Positions 50,580 through 62,436 of a stretch of 64,000 nt of DNA are shown one piece after another. Under the pieces are notes generated by a model. It saw only the letters and a program-made list of their open reading frames with translations, searched no databases and was not told the DNA's origin. Position numbers and translations under genes: made by a program. The first letter of the stretch is position 1; every line of letters starts with the position of its first letter. Origin of the DNA: Dicyema japonicum (Eukaryota; Animalia; Dicyemida); contig RDEW01000046.1 of NCBI GenBank assembly GCA_011109175.1, positions 15,545 through 79,544 of the forward strand. The letters are read 5' to 3'.

Positions 50580-52512
50580 ATGTCGTGGTCAAGTGGGGAA
50601 TCGGATGAAAGTGACAAATACAGGAACAAATATAAACAAGACCGGTAAAATTACCAATTTATACTTTTCAGGGATCGTAAGTCATCCCACAACAGAAAAA
50701 GGCGATATTCTAATTCTCCAGTTGAGTCTTACAAGAAACAAAGAATTCATGATAACGAGAGTCCTTATCCTATCTCAATGCTGACTTTTAAGCAATTTTT
50801 AGCTACTCAGGATGATGGAATTGGAGATTCTGAGGCCAAAGTTTTGTATGACGATTACAAGGATGAATATCAAAAGAAAGTTGTACTCGAATTTTTCCAA
50901 ACCCACAAATACCAGGACTGGTTCCGTCAAAAATACCATCCGAAGGACTCTGTAACCCGCAGGGATGAGCGTCTTGCCCAAATTCGAGAGAGAGTGAGGA
51001 TCTTTCAGTGGCTAGCAGACAATGACTGGCTGGTTTCTCTTGAAACACAGGAATCCGGTTCTGTGGAGAGATTCCTTGATGCTGTTGTTTCCCTTTTGGA
51101 TGGCGGGAGTTGCGAGGACCTGGAAATCTTACGGAAAGGTGATGGAACTAAGGAAAATGGAAACAGAAAATCTATTCAGCGAAACCAGTCCCTGTCTTTC
51201 CGTAGCATAACTCCTGATATCAGCAAGAAAGAGATCGAGGCGGTTTATTTCCTTATATGACTTCAGCTTGGTCGTCAATATGAGGGATTTCTGCGTTGTT
51301 CTCTCCACGATCCCCAACTTGGGCGTCGATGGCTTCGATACGCATGGCTTACATTTGACCCTTCTGTGAATATCAAAGAGACGTGTTGGAGCGTAAATCA
51401 GCTCCGGGTCATGAAATTGTGTTTATTCTTAGTTGAAGGATTGTGAATTGTCAGCAGTTATAGATCACAACGCTTATGCAGAAAGAGTTAGGGTTACCTC
51501 AGCCAATTGTCGCTGTATTAGGATAGTGAGAACCGATATTCGTGTTTGTGCTGGAATCATAGCCCAGTTGGATAATAAGTGGGGCCTCTGGAAGGAGTAT
51601 GTTCCTGATACTAGTGAGTTAGATATGGTATCTTTGAAATTAACGTTTTAGCTGTTTGATTCAAAGAACCCATATCTTAATGGATTAGAAGACTATCTCG
51701 TTGATTCGGTGGATTTTGACCGGTTAGAAAGACTCGATTTAGAAACCTCTGAGTTTCTGAGACAGAGGGATGTTCCAATCGTCATGGATAGACTGATTTT
51801 GAACGTTTATTTTCGTCCTAATTGTAGTTTCTGGACAGATTGATCCTCTATTTGAGGGTTGTCTACTCCATTGACTACTATAAGGGGATTGAGTATGAAA
51901 ATGAAGACGAAATGCCATGTAAATGCCTGAGTATTCACATTCGGCCCTCAGATTGTTCTCTTTCAGACTCGATTAGTGAAAATGGTTAATTATTGGTGTT
52001 AATGTAGTTCTTGAAGAATGGATTGATGATAGACGGAAACGTGTTTCCCATCTGCTCAAGTCTTGTAAGCAGCTTAGTGAGGAAGAAGTGATGAAACTGG
52101 GCTTACGAGATGAGGAGAGGTTTGAAGGTTGAGATAATGTAGTGCTGTGAAAAAGTTCTTGGACGATAACACCCAGGAATTGGCTCATGAAAAGTTTCTG
52201 TGTCCTCTCAGTGGAAAGAAGTTCAAAGGACCAGAATTTGTGCATAAGCATATTCTGAATAAATACGGAGACAAGATCACTGAGTGCAAAGAGGAAGTTG
52301 TCTACTTCAATAATTATCTTCGTGATCCGTTGAGATCCAGTTTTTTCCCACACAGTCCTGTCAGGGAACCGGTAAGAGAATGTAGAAGTGAAAGAAGGAA
52401 GGATGACGTGGTGTCTGTGAAGAATAGGTTGGGGACTTTCGGTAATTTTAGTGATCCTCGTCCATTTGTTGATTACAGTAGTCTCGCGCCTTGTGATTTA
52501 TTTGAATTTTGA
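50580..52512 (+). CDS. SRRT: Serrate RNA effector / ARS2, 8 exons
   Basis: [12 protein letters not shown]...[17 protein letters not shown]; [11 protein letters not shown]; [17 protein letters not shown]; [24 protein letters not shown]; YFNNYLRDP; DPRPFVDY. Introns 50645-671, 51243-266, 51408-432, 51628-651, 51805-827, 51985-52007, 52120-142. Confidence 0.95.
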
Positions 52513-52768
52513 CTTTTTTGTCAATAATGGTCTTGTTAGATTTGTTTTAATGATGACTAACATAATAATAAATATTATGTGCGTAATTTTTAATTATATA
52601 ATTTAGTTTATGATTATTAGTATTGTAAAATAAAACAACTATTTTTATGGAAATAGTTCAATTAGCTACCCATCTTTTTTTGCTATCATATATTCGATGA
52701 CACGTAGGAAAGAAGGCTATTTGTGTCCACGGATTTTTTAGTTTTCAGCTGTGACGGGTTTTTAATTA

Positions 52769-54000
52769 CAGTAAACCCTCAATAATCCAAACTAAAAAAA
52801 TTTGAATGCCTATCAAATTGTGAAGGAAATAAATTATTTTTATTGTAATTAATATTTATGTTTTCATATATAATAATCTCTCATTTTCAACATCAATAAT
52901 TTCGTCGACATTTAATCTTAATAGAGAATGACGTTTTCGTTCTCATCGGGCATTTCTGTTTGAGTTATTTCTTATTCATTAGCAAGTTCAGTTCTTTCGA
53001 TACTCATTCAAAACAGGATCTTGCATTATATCTTCATTAGCAAATTAATTAAGACATTTAATTACCTCAGTCTTTTAAAACAATTTTTATGATTTTCTTA
53101 TACTTCGTGTGTGAGATACCATATTGATGGCTTTCCGTAAATTCACAAAAAATTCAATTTCCAAATCAAGGGCTTCCATATAATCCAAAATCAATTTTCA
53201 AAAAATTTCGTTAAAACATGGAGCATTATCAATCAGTAAAAAGAACTTTTTCTGTAACATTTTAATTAATCACTATGATGACTGATAAAAGCATTAAAAA
53301 GTTCTGTTGTCATTCAAACCCTTTTAGTTGCATAGTACAATAATTATCAAACTCAAAATCTTTTAAAAATTTTGGTCTTTTATTATGGCCAATAAAAAAG
53401 GATTAATTTTTATTTCCATTTTCATTAGCACAAAGCCGGGTGGTATAGTGGTTAGGTGTCGGGCTTAAGTGGCTTAGGCTACGGGTGCAAATCTCGCTGC
53501 TGTTCACCTGGTGGAAGGTTCCACGCATCTACGATGCTAAAAGGGTTTGGCGAGTGACGGCGTCATCAATGAATATTCACTGCGGAACTGGATAGTCTAG
53601 AAAGGACCCACACACACGAAAAATAAAAAAAGAAGTGAAGATCATTCCTTGGTTCTACGATTAGTTAAAATTAGCTGTTCTTGACTTAAATAAAGTGTGT
53701 GTCCTGCCTATGCGGAGCTATAAATACTATGGCTCTCGTGAAAAGGCTTTATTATTTTTTTATTATATATTATCACAAAGAGCTATAATAGTCCTTACTT
53801 TTGATTGAAATTGTTCTAGAAGGGTAAGATTGAAAATCCATTCGACAAGTTAATTATCTAGTTGATGATGTTTACCACTGTCTTAACTTGTTGATCGTAG
53901 TCTCAGTTTTCAAATTTTCAAGGTTTTTAAGAATTTCTGAAAATGTAGAAATTCCCAAATAAAGGTTCACTTTTTATTTTACAGATATGGGATAATTCTT
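52769..54000 (-). mobile_element. pogo/Tigger-like DNA transposon relic, interrupted by the SINE at 53435
   Basis: TA-flanked CAGTAAACCCTC TIR-like end at 52769; broken frames give IGHNKRPKF, MTTELF and DNAP-like DDE_1 remnants and GISTFSEILKN (CENP-B-type HTH); many stops. Confidence 0.5.
53435..53768 (+). mobile_element. tRNA-derived SINE, subfamily 1, full length
   Basis: GCCGGGTGGTATAGTGGTTAGG head, core, RTE-like tail; flanking near-repeat attagcacaaag (53424-35) / attatcacaaag (53769-80) fits a TSD. Confidence 0.9.
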
Positions 54001-54249
54001 TAGAGTCATTTTGGATGAACTTTTTATTTTACAAATATTACTTTTTCATGCAATAGAAATTTCCTCTTTCTATTAATTAGGCATCTTTTTTTTATGATGC
54101 GAGACGCGGATTTTCATCATACTACGAGTGTGGCATCATCAATTATATAGAACAGTTTATTATCCAAAAACAAACTCGTTACTAATTGAGAGATAAGCCG
54201 CCAAAAAAGAAAGAGAAGCTGAAAAAGTTTGAGTTTTTAGTCTGTTGGG

Positions 54250-57200
54250 GTCGACTATAATGAAACACCAGATGTCCTTTCCTCGAAAATATTGACCCCT
54301 TGCATCACTATTTGTTTAAGCGATGCAATAATTTTTCAATGGATCCTCAGATCCCTCTAACTTTGGAGATAATTTGGATTTCAGATCCAAACCATACCCC
54401 AGTTTAATGATATATCTCCGCATTTTCTCTAAGAGTTCCACATGTTTATTTCCCTCCCAGCTTTCGAACCATCCTTGAAATCCATGGATCAGGAAAGGTT
54501 CTATACATGCAAGTATACGTACAGAAAGGTTTCCAGTTTCAACCGAAATCGTTTAAGGGCTTTCAACATTGTGATAGCCTTCTTCTTTCTGCCGATTATA
54601 TAAGTATTAAAAGATCCAGACGCATCGACAACTATTCCGAGATATTTTAGACTGTCCACGGATTTTATTACTCCAGTGTTAATACAAGGAGCAGGTTTCC
54701 TTCGGTTTTTGCCAAATGATATTGATTTTCTCATAGAAAGATCTAGAAGTAAAATATTATATGCGTAAATGATCATCTCCATATTAAAGTGATCCACTTT
54801 TGGAATGTCACACATTACACAATTAAACAAAATTGTACTGATGACAGATCGCTGTGGAACTCTTTTCTTAAGCAAAATTCTCTTCGTTTTCGACCCGTAT
54901 GAACGATTCTCTTCCCGAGAGGAAACTCCTTATTCAAACCAGGGCCGTCTTTCCAACATTAAAATTGTATAAAGTTCGTAGTAACCCGGCATGCCAGACG
55001 CTATCAAACGCCTTTAACATGCGGCTGTAAGATATTCTTTTTTCCTCTGTGCAGTAAATATAGACTCCTTTAGCAGTGAAAAGCAATTTCTAATGCCCTT
55101 GTCACGCCGAAATCCCCATTGCTCTTGAAAGCGATAACAACAACAATAACGATCTATTAACAAAAGAGTTAAGGAGTTTTCTGGAGGGTATTACACCTGA
55201 GTCCTACCATCAGGCTTGTACTCCACATCTGAACCCTTACTCCTTTTTTTATTAATTTTTTCAGGACGTTTCTCGCAGCTTTATATTCGTGTTTTGGATC
55301 TTTGATCTTCTTCTGAAACCATTGATTCGATCCTCCACAATCCTGCTAATCGGTTCTAACAGCTTGTTTTCGTCCTCGCTTAGACAGTCTTTCAGTTTCT
55401 TGTTTAAAGAGAGCTTAATTGCAGCTCTCCTAGTCTTCTTTTGTAAGAATAAGATCTTCTCCCTCTTCGGAGAAAAGAACCACCCCCTCGCACCTATAAA
55501 GTAGGTTAGTGAGAATAACTCCCTTGAAGATGAACAGGTAGGTGTCACGGCTAACGTGTAACTTTTGTGTACATAGGAGCGACTGAAAAGCTCTTTTTTC
55601 CTCCCCTTTATTTCGTCCATGTAATCTCCTGCGTGTCCATAGTCGACTCCCAGGTAACGCAGGCTGTGTGCATTGTTTACTCCCTGTGTGTATTCTTGTT
55701 TCAGGTGCTTTTTCACATTGCTTATTCGGCAGAGAGCTTTAACCCTCTCAAGTTGCACCATTCAATCTGGTCCACATACTCACGGATTCTTCCTTCATAT
55801 ATAGAAGATTTTAGAGATTTGTCCACCACGATTATGTAATCCGCATAAATAAGAAAATTAGTATTAATATCCCTCGGAAGTGGAAATCTCGCGATGATAT
55901 ATTAAACAAAATAGGAGTCAATACTGAACCTTGTGGTACTCCCCTCTTGAATGATATTGTATCGAATATAGTTCCACACACATTCACAAAAGCTTGGCTT
56001 TCCTGAAGATAATTTCTTAGCCAAACAAATAGGTATCTTGGAACACATGCTGATACAAGCTGCTTTAACAACGCTTCATGGCATACACTGTCGAATGCTT
56101 TCGAGATATCAACACATAATAAGTTTATTTGCCTCTTGAAATTTTTTGCTTTCATGATTTCAGAATTCAGTAGAAAGAAACAGTATGCACAGCCTCTTCC
56201 GGGACGAAAACCCCACTGCTCCGGAAGTCATTCTCATCTATATGTCTGTTTAGCCTTTTGAAAATGATACGTTCAATCACTTTCGCGAAAGAACATATTA
56301 AGCTAATTGGTATGTAGCATTCCGGATCTATCTTTGGCTTCCCTGGTTTTGGAATCATCCTCACAACAGCTTTTTTCCATATTAAAGGGAGATGACCAAG
56401 TCGTAAACACCCATCATAAAGACATCGCAGATAGTCAAATAAAATATCCGGACTTTCTTTGATAAGTTTCATTGATATGCGGTCATATCCTGGGCATTGA
56501 CCTTGCATTCCCTGATAGCCGTCATCATTTCCAAGACGCTGACAGTGCTATCAGCAATAGGTAGTTCCTCGTCGGAGTATTTAAATATATCGGCAGACAC
56601 CTTTTTTTGTTATCAGAGATCAAATTCCACGGATTCACACCCTGAATTTTTTGGAGCTGATCCCTGAATATCGAAGGTGTTTCCTCTGTCATGCAAACTC
56701 CCCGTCTGGTTTATTCAATATATTTTTTTCTGCCCCCGACTTCAGACACATTATCTTCTGATAGCATTTCCAATAAGAGGGATTCTTCATATCAATTTTC
56801 GCAGCCTCAGCCTTCTATATACGGTCAGTTTCCTCCTTCCATATACTGCTGATTGCCTCCTTTATCATCCTGATTCTAACAGATATGAATTCCTCGTTTA
56901 TTTTGGCCCTTAGGAAATTCCTCTCACGAATAAGCCTCATAATAATTGGCGAAACAAAATAATAATTATTCTTTGAGAAAACCCTTTGTGCAGATAGGTG
57001 AAGATATGACTGCATGAGATTCATTACTTCTCAACTTGCAGTATTGATATCTTCTATGGTTGAAACCTTGCTTCTTCAAAGGTCACCATCTCCATCAAAT
57101 CCACATGTGCAATCGAACACAGGTAGTCTAGTCGTGACTTAATCTTCGATATTTCTGTGTATATCTTCTCTGATAGATTGGGTGGGAAATCGTTCGATTT

Positions 57201-57330
57201 TCGACGACGTAACTGTCATTGCTGTCCACGTTCTCCCAATATCGCCTATTATCGTCTGTCCATCGTTTTTAGTTGCTCTCCCCTGATCAGATTTCTTGGC
57301 GGCTGGACATCCACCATATCTGGCGTTCTT
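54250..57330 (-). mobile_element. Nested I/Jockey-like LINE fragments (RT pieces and an ORF1 remnant)
   Basis: PGYDRIS, WKKAVVRMIPKPGK..YIPISL, VDISKAFDSV, GVPQGSVLTPILFNI, LKYLGIVVD, LRYLGVD; NARYGGCP at 57300. Confidence 0.75.
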
Positions 57331-57829
57331 CCCAGGCAGGAAACACACTTTATTTTAAACAAAGAATAATTATCATAACTAATCAATTAAAGAGAACCAA
57401 GAAATAGCCTTCACTTTTTTTTCTTTTTGTTGGGTGTGAATCCTTTTCTAGACGATGATATGTTCACTAATGACGGAACACTCTTCAAGTAGTTTATATT
57501 TAAAAATTAATTTTTTGAATGCCATAAGGCACTAAACAAAACGTGATACTCGTCCAATCCTTCTAAAAATGACTGCTTGCACTCGTCAACTAAGAAATTT
57601 TAAGACTAGAATTAACTAATTTTTACGTTTTCTCCTTTTGCGTCAGAAAGACGTTTACTTAGGAATCTAAGAATATGGTTACTGATGGCTAAAGGCTTTC
57701 AAAGAGAATGGATACTAATCGAAACAGTAAAAGAAATTTTATCCACTCAATTATAAATGGGATGACAATCTTCCTTTTTGAAGCCGGGAAACCTCTTGTC
57801 TGTGAAGTCATTTGCACCGACACGTTTGT

Positions 57830-58960
57830 ACTTCGATGACGTCGTATTCCCTGGAGGAAACATGAATGAAAATTTCAATCAATAACAACCAGGACTCTTT
57901 TAGTCATTCCGAGACATGACATGTGGAAACCCCACAAACAAGCCATGAAGTGGATCATTCGTTTTCTTTTGTTGCATTTTTTTCAGATTTCACCTTCTTT
58001 TGCAGTTTGCTGCATCTTCTTTCTGATTATTATTTCTTTCTTTTCAATACACAACAAGCCCCGTGCAATTCAAATTATTTATTGTTGATTGAAAATAAGA
58101 GTTCAATTTTCGAGACTTTTCCAATCCTGATTCAATTCACGATTGGACTGTAAATATTTTAATAACTCTTGTTCTCGAAATTGATGATCTTAAATTTTAG
58201 TAATCTTGATTGACCTCAAAAGTAAAATCAATATTTAAATTCAGGGTTCCACAAAAAAAGTTTGGATGATATGGTTTTGGTTAAAATGAAGCTATTAAAG
58301 TAGATGACGTGAAAATGGCAAATTAACTTTCCTTATTCCTTGGTGGCACCATGCATTGCTTTGTACCTGCTTCTGGATCGATTTATAAGTATCATCGATC
58401 CTTGGTCCCATATTTCCGAGATGTACATCAGAACCGACTTTATGTATTATATATTCTTATTCTCAAATTAGTTTTCAAGAATCTTCTGTTCCATATATTT
58501 TCCACTTCCATATACATTGCTGCCGCTATGACCCTCCTGTGCATAATGTCCTCACTGTCTCCAAGTAACGATTGCAATTTTCTTTTTTTCTCCAACCTTC
58601 TTCACCATACTCAAGTTCTCTTGTAATTTTTATAAACTCGGTCTTTTCTTGGTTTACGTCCATAAACAAGTATTTTAATTCATTACGGATTATGCCGATA
58701 ACCGTTCTGATACAAATCAATGCCGTCAGCATAAACTATTTCCATTGGCAAATGTCCTTCGCATCTTTTCCTGAGAATTCTCAGAGCTGCCTCAAGGTAT
58801 GTAATAAAATGTACAGGTGACAGTCAGTCACTCTGTGGCCTGGGTTCACTAGTGCATTTATGTGCCTAAAAAGAGAGTGAAATGTAACAAGGAAGAAGTT
58901 AAAATCTCTATTAACGAAATTTTTGTTCAAAGTTATTTTAGGCAAATTATATTTGAGGGA
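57830..58960. repeat. Dispersed repeat (degenerate RTE-derived), homologous to 31240-31990 plus 33185-33690
   Basis: Direct sequence similarity to both segments. Confidence 0.8.
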
Positions 58961-59300
58961 AACCTCTTGTCTGGGACGTTACCTGCATCGACACGTTTGC
59001 CTCTTGCAACCTACTCCAGAGTGCCTCTGGAGCCTGTTCTGATGCTGAGAAAGGCAAGGGGTTGAAACTGGAAAAGTACGCGGTCCTTCCCAAGGATTTT
59101 TTGTTCGTTCCACTCGCCGTTGAGACGTCTGATTCCCTTGCGCTTGCAACGATGGAATTCTTGAGTCGTTTAGGGAATCGGATTTCTACGCGATCAGGAG
59201 ACCCTCGTGAACGCTGGTGGTTATTTGAGCAAATCTCTCTCGCCATCCTGAGTGGGAATAGCCACGCATTAAAACAGCCGTTATATGACAATATTTTTTT
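58955..59300 (+). mobile_element. CRE-like retrotransposon 3' end (REL endonuclease)
   Basis: KPLVWDVTCIDTFA...KLEKY...FVPLAVET...GDPRERWWLFEQISLAILSGNS. Confidence 0.8.
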
Positions 59301-59875
59301 TTTCCTAAACAAAATTTTATTTACTAAAAAAATAATAAATTAGAATTAACAAATTTTTAATTAATACTATCGTCTATTAAAGAAAATGAAATATATAACT
59401 TGTATCGCAAAACTAACAAAATTTATTGAGTTGAATTATGAATTTAATTTTTTGATACTGAAATGATAATATTTAGTAATATAAAGTATTAAAACGAATG
59501 ATAGTGTTGTTCACTTTTATTTACCTTTGTTAACCACTTTACGATTATAATCTTAGTGTTGCTACCAAAAAATGAAAGGAAAATCGAGAAGAGAAATGTT
59601 TAAGCACATTTTCATAATAATCGTAAAAGGGAATGCCCAAAATCACACGAGAGCTCTTTACTAGTTTATAACACTTTAGAATTATGGTTACTAATTTTTG
59701 TTATTGTTATTCAAGTAACACGTTTGTATCAAAAAAGATTTTCTATTTGAATAATAGTTTTATTATTTTTTAGTTTTATTATTAATAATAATTTTTTTGT
59801 TTGCGGAAGTATATTATATAAATTTTGACGGCATTTTGGATTGCTTAATTTAGGAAACATCGCAGAAAATTAATT

Positions 59876-60519
59876 ATGATCAACGATCGAACTACAAGAC
59901 TTGAGTATGAGCTCAACTTAATAAACCAAAATACAGTATTCCACATTTTTGTAATTTTAGGATGGATTTAAAATTGAATTCGAAGATAAGAGCCCATACA
60001 TAGTTTACGCCTATTTGCCTGGATCGGAAAAATCCCCATATTATAGCGGGAAGTACAAACTTGCTATTTCTATATCAAACCGTTACCCACACGATCCCCC
60101 GACTGTCTACTTCGACACCAAAATATGGCATCCGAATGTCTGCAAAAACACGGGACTTGTTTTCTCAGATCTGTTAACCACCAAATGGTACACCCGTTTG
60201 TTTACATCAATAGGCATCCCTCTTATACAATTTATTTTGTTCTTAAACATCTGCAAAATCTCCTAGCTAAACCTGATTTTGAAAGACGAATGAACCTTGA
60301 ATGCGACATAAAGCCCAGTTTGCTTAATTACTTGAGAACAGCCCAATACTGGACTCACTATTATGCTGAAGGTATTCAAGTGAATTTATTTTAGGCTTAA
60401 TTGCAGACAAAAATTTAACGGATATTCATAAAAGCATGGTCGATGAAGGATACGATGAGGATGAGGTCCTGTTGGAGTTGTCGTGCAATAATTGGGAACT
60501 CTTAGATTTATTAGACTAA
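59876..60519 (+). CDS. UBE2K-like ubiquitin-conjugating enzyme with a degenerate C-terminal UBA; catalytic Cys replaced by Phe
   Basis: Introns 59936-960, 60188-213, 60372-394; GSEKSPYYSG...YPHDPPTVYFDTKIWHPNVCKNTGLVFSDLLTTKW; AQYWTHYYA; MVDEGYDEDEVLLELSCNNWE (UBA-like). Confidence 0.85.
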
Positions 60520-60739
60520 CTTAATAAACTGTTAATTTTTAATTAAAAATTGAAAAAAGATAAAATTTCTAAAAAATATTTTAGATCCTTCCTTCCTATT
60601 TTAATAGGAAGTAAAACAAGGAAAATATCCCTTCCGATACTGAATAGATAATGTTTCCATTACTTAAATCTCACCTTAGAGAGAATTCACTTTATTTTAA
60701 AAACTAAGAACAGAAGGTCGGATCGCTCTTGGAGCATAT

Positions 60740-61200
60740 GAAAAATGTAGCTCGCTGGAAAATCCTTGTTTCTGGTGCTTTCAGAAACTTAGTAAAGTAA
60801 AGCTAAAGATTTAAAAATGCTTTGTCGTGCCCGTCCTAATTTATAATTGTGGGACATGTGGCTTGTCTAAACATAATAATCTATTGACAGCTTTCACCTA
60901 ATCATTCTCCGGAAGGCACTCGATATACGATATACTATGAAGATCAATAACGCAAAATTATACAAATTATGTAGCATATAACCAGTATCGCTAAAAATCT
61001 GATGATCGTGATAGAAACTGTTAGGTCATATTTTGAAAATGGTACCAGACAATCGTGTCATTGAACAAGGAAGGTCAAGGACAATTCTACCCTCTATGTT
61101 GAATGAAGAATTAAAAGGTGTCAGCAGAAAATAAAAATGGCAGACGATCTTGATGAACAAAGAGAACATGAGAAAAAGAAGGGACCTTAGATGAGACTGG
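60740..61200 (+). mobile_element. Degenerate RTE 3' fragment
   Basis: KLLGHILKM..D and GRSRTILPSMLNEEL remnants. Confidence 0.55.
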
Positions 61201-62436
61201 CTGGTACAAAGGGTGGATGGCGAGGCACAGGGAAACCTTAATTGACTTTTTGTTTTTTATTTGTTCTCAGCGGTGCCGATGATAATAGAACAGTAATGTT
61301 AGTTAATTAATCCAAGGCATATCTAAGACATTGAAAGTGTTCTTGACTTTTCATTCTTTTCTTTTTGCTTGTATGTGAGTTCCACAAGACAACCCAGTAC
61401 CGTGGTGATGAAACACTGACGATGGTATCACTAGTCGACCCCAAAGCATCGTATATGCACGGTACCTTTAACAGAATGGACATCAGCGATATTCGAATCA
61501 GGGAATCATGATTTTGGTGCAGAACTTATTACATTAAGCAAGTGATCCTTAAATAAGTAAATTTTTGAAAATTAATTTTAAATAAAGTTGTTGTGACATG
61601 TCTCCACTATGGCCTGCAGGCATTGAGTACTCAATGGGAGTTACCTCTCATAATCTCATGTCAAATTTTCTGGAAAAACCATCATTTTCTCTGTGCTGTG
61701 AAAAGTTTAAGCGTACTTCAAATCTTTGAGAGGGTATTTTAGTTCTTCAAAATAATTGTGTGTTTTTGCCAATCAACCGCGAATGTAAAAGATTCGTAAG
61801 TTGTTTAGAAAATTGTAGATTTTGCATGAATAAGCGATATGAGATTCCCATTGTATGTGGTATGCAGTTGTTTTTTTCGTGTCTTAATTTGACTCCAGAA
61901 ATACCAAGGAGAGCGTTAAGTTTTCGCCTGACTTTCAGAATAACATAGTCTTGTGGGACGTAAAGGAAAAGGAATTGGTTATAAATAATCCCAAATATTT
62001 TGCTGTGTTAGTTACAGGAAGATCTTTTCAAGAGATCTTCACTTCAATCGAACATTAAACGGAAATAGAAACTGACAGAGGAGTAAGTTGATTGGCTAGT
62101 AAAATATCATGATGTGTTTGTAGTACTGTCTATTCAGTGGTTTTAAGTCTTAGGGGGTTAAGTTTTATATTTTGTAGCAAGCAAATATTAATCGTAGTTC
62201 AATTATTTTGTCATTCACTCATTGATGTCAATCGTATGATTGGTAGCATCCAATGAAGTTGAGGAACGCGAAGGCTTATATTAACTATAAACTTGTAAAC
62301 TGAGATCTGTGTATAAACGAGACTAAGTGTCTACCCAAGGACTTTTCTTGTAATTCCTTCGAATTGCTTAATTATTGCTGTCAAAAAATTGTTCTACGTG
62401 GTTTCATCATAATTTGGAAAATTATACCCACTTTTC

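Noticed and set aside
10473-52512. Unconditional genome-wide UGA-to-Trp reassignment
   Set aside because: TGA falls at the homologous C-terminus of MRPL27 and SRRT and ends the SSX2IP-like frame, and conserved Trp residues in SMARCAL1, SRRT and the E2 are all TGG. Only context-dependent recoding remains open.
60991-61035. Hammerhead-like string CTGATGA-tcgtgata-GAAAC-tgttag-GTC with partial stem I
   Set aside because: Stem II barely pairs and the sequence is RTE coding DNA (KLLGHILKM, the WRLFGHVLRM motif), so the match is probably coincidental.
61860-62090. WD40-like peptide SVKFSPDFQNNIVLWDVKEKEL
   Set aside because: Flanked by multiple TAA/TAG stops with no workable introns; at best a decayed fragment.
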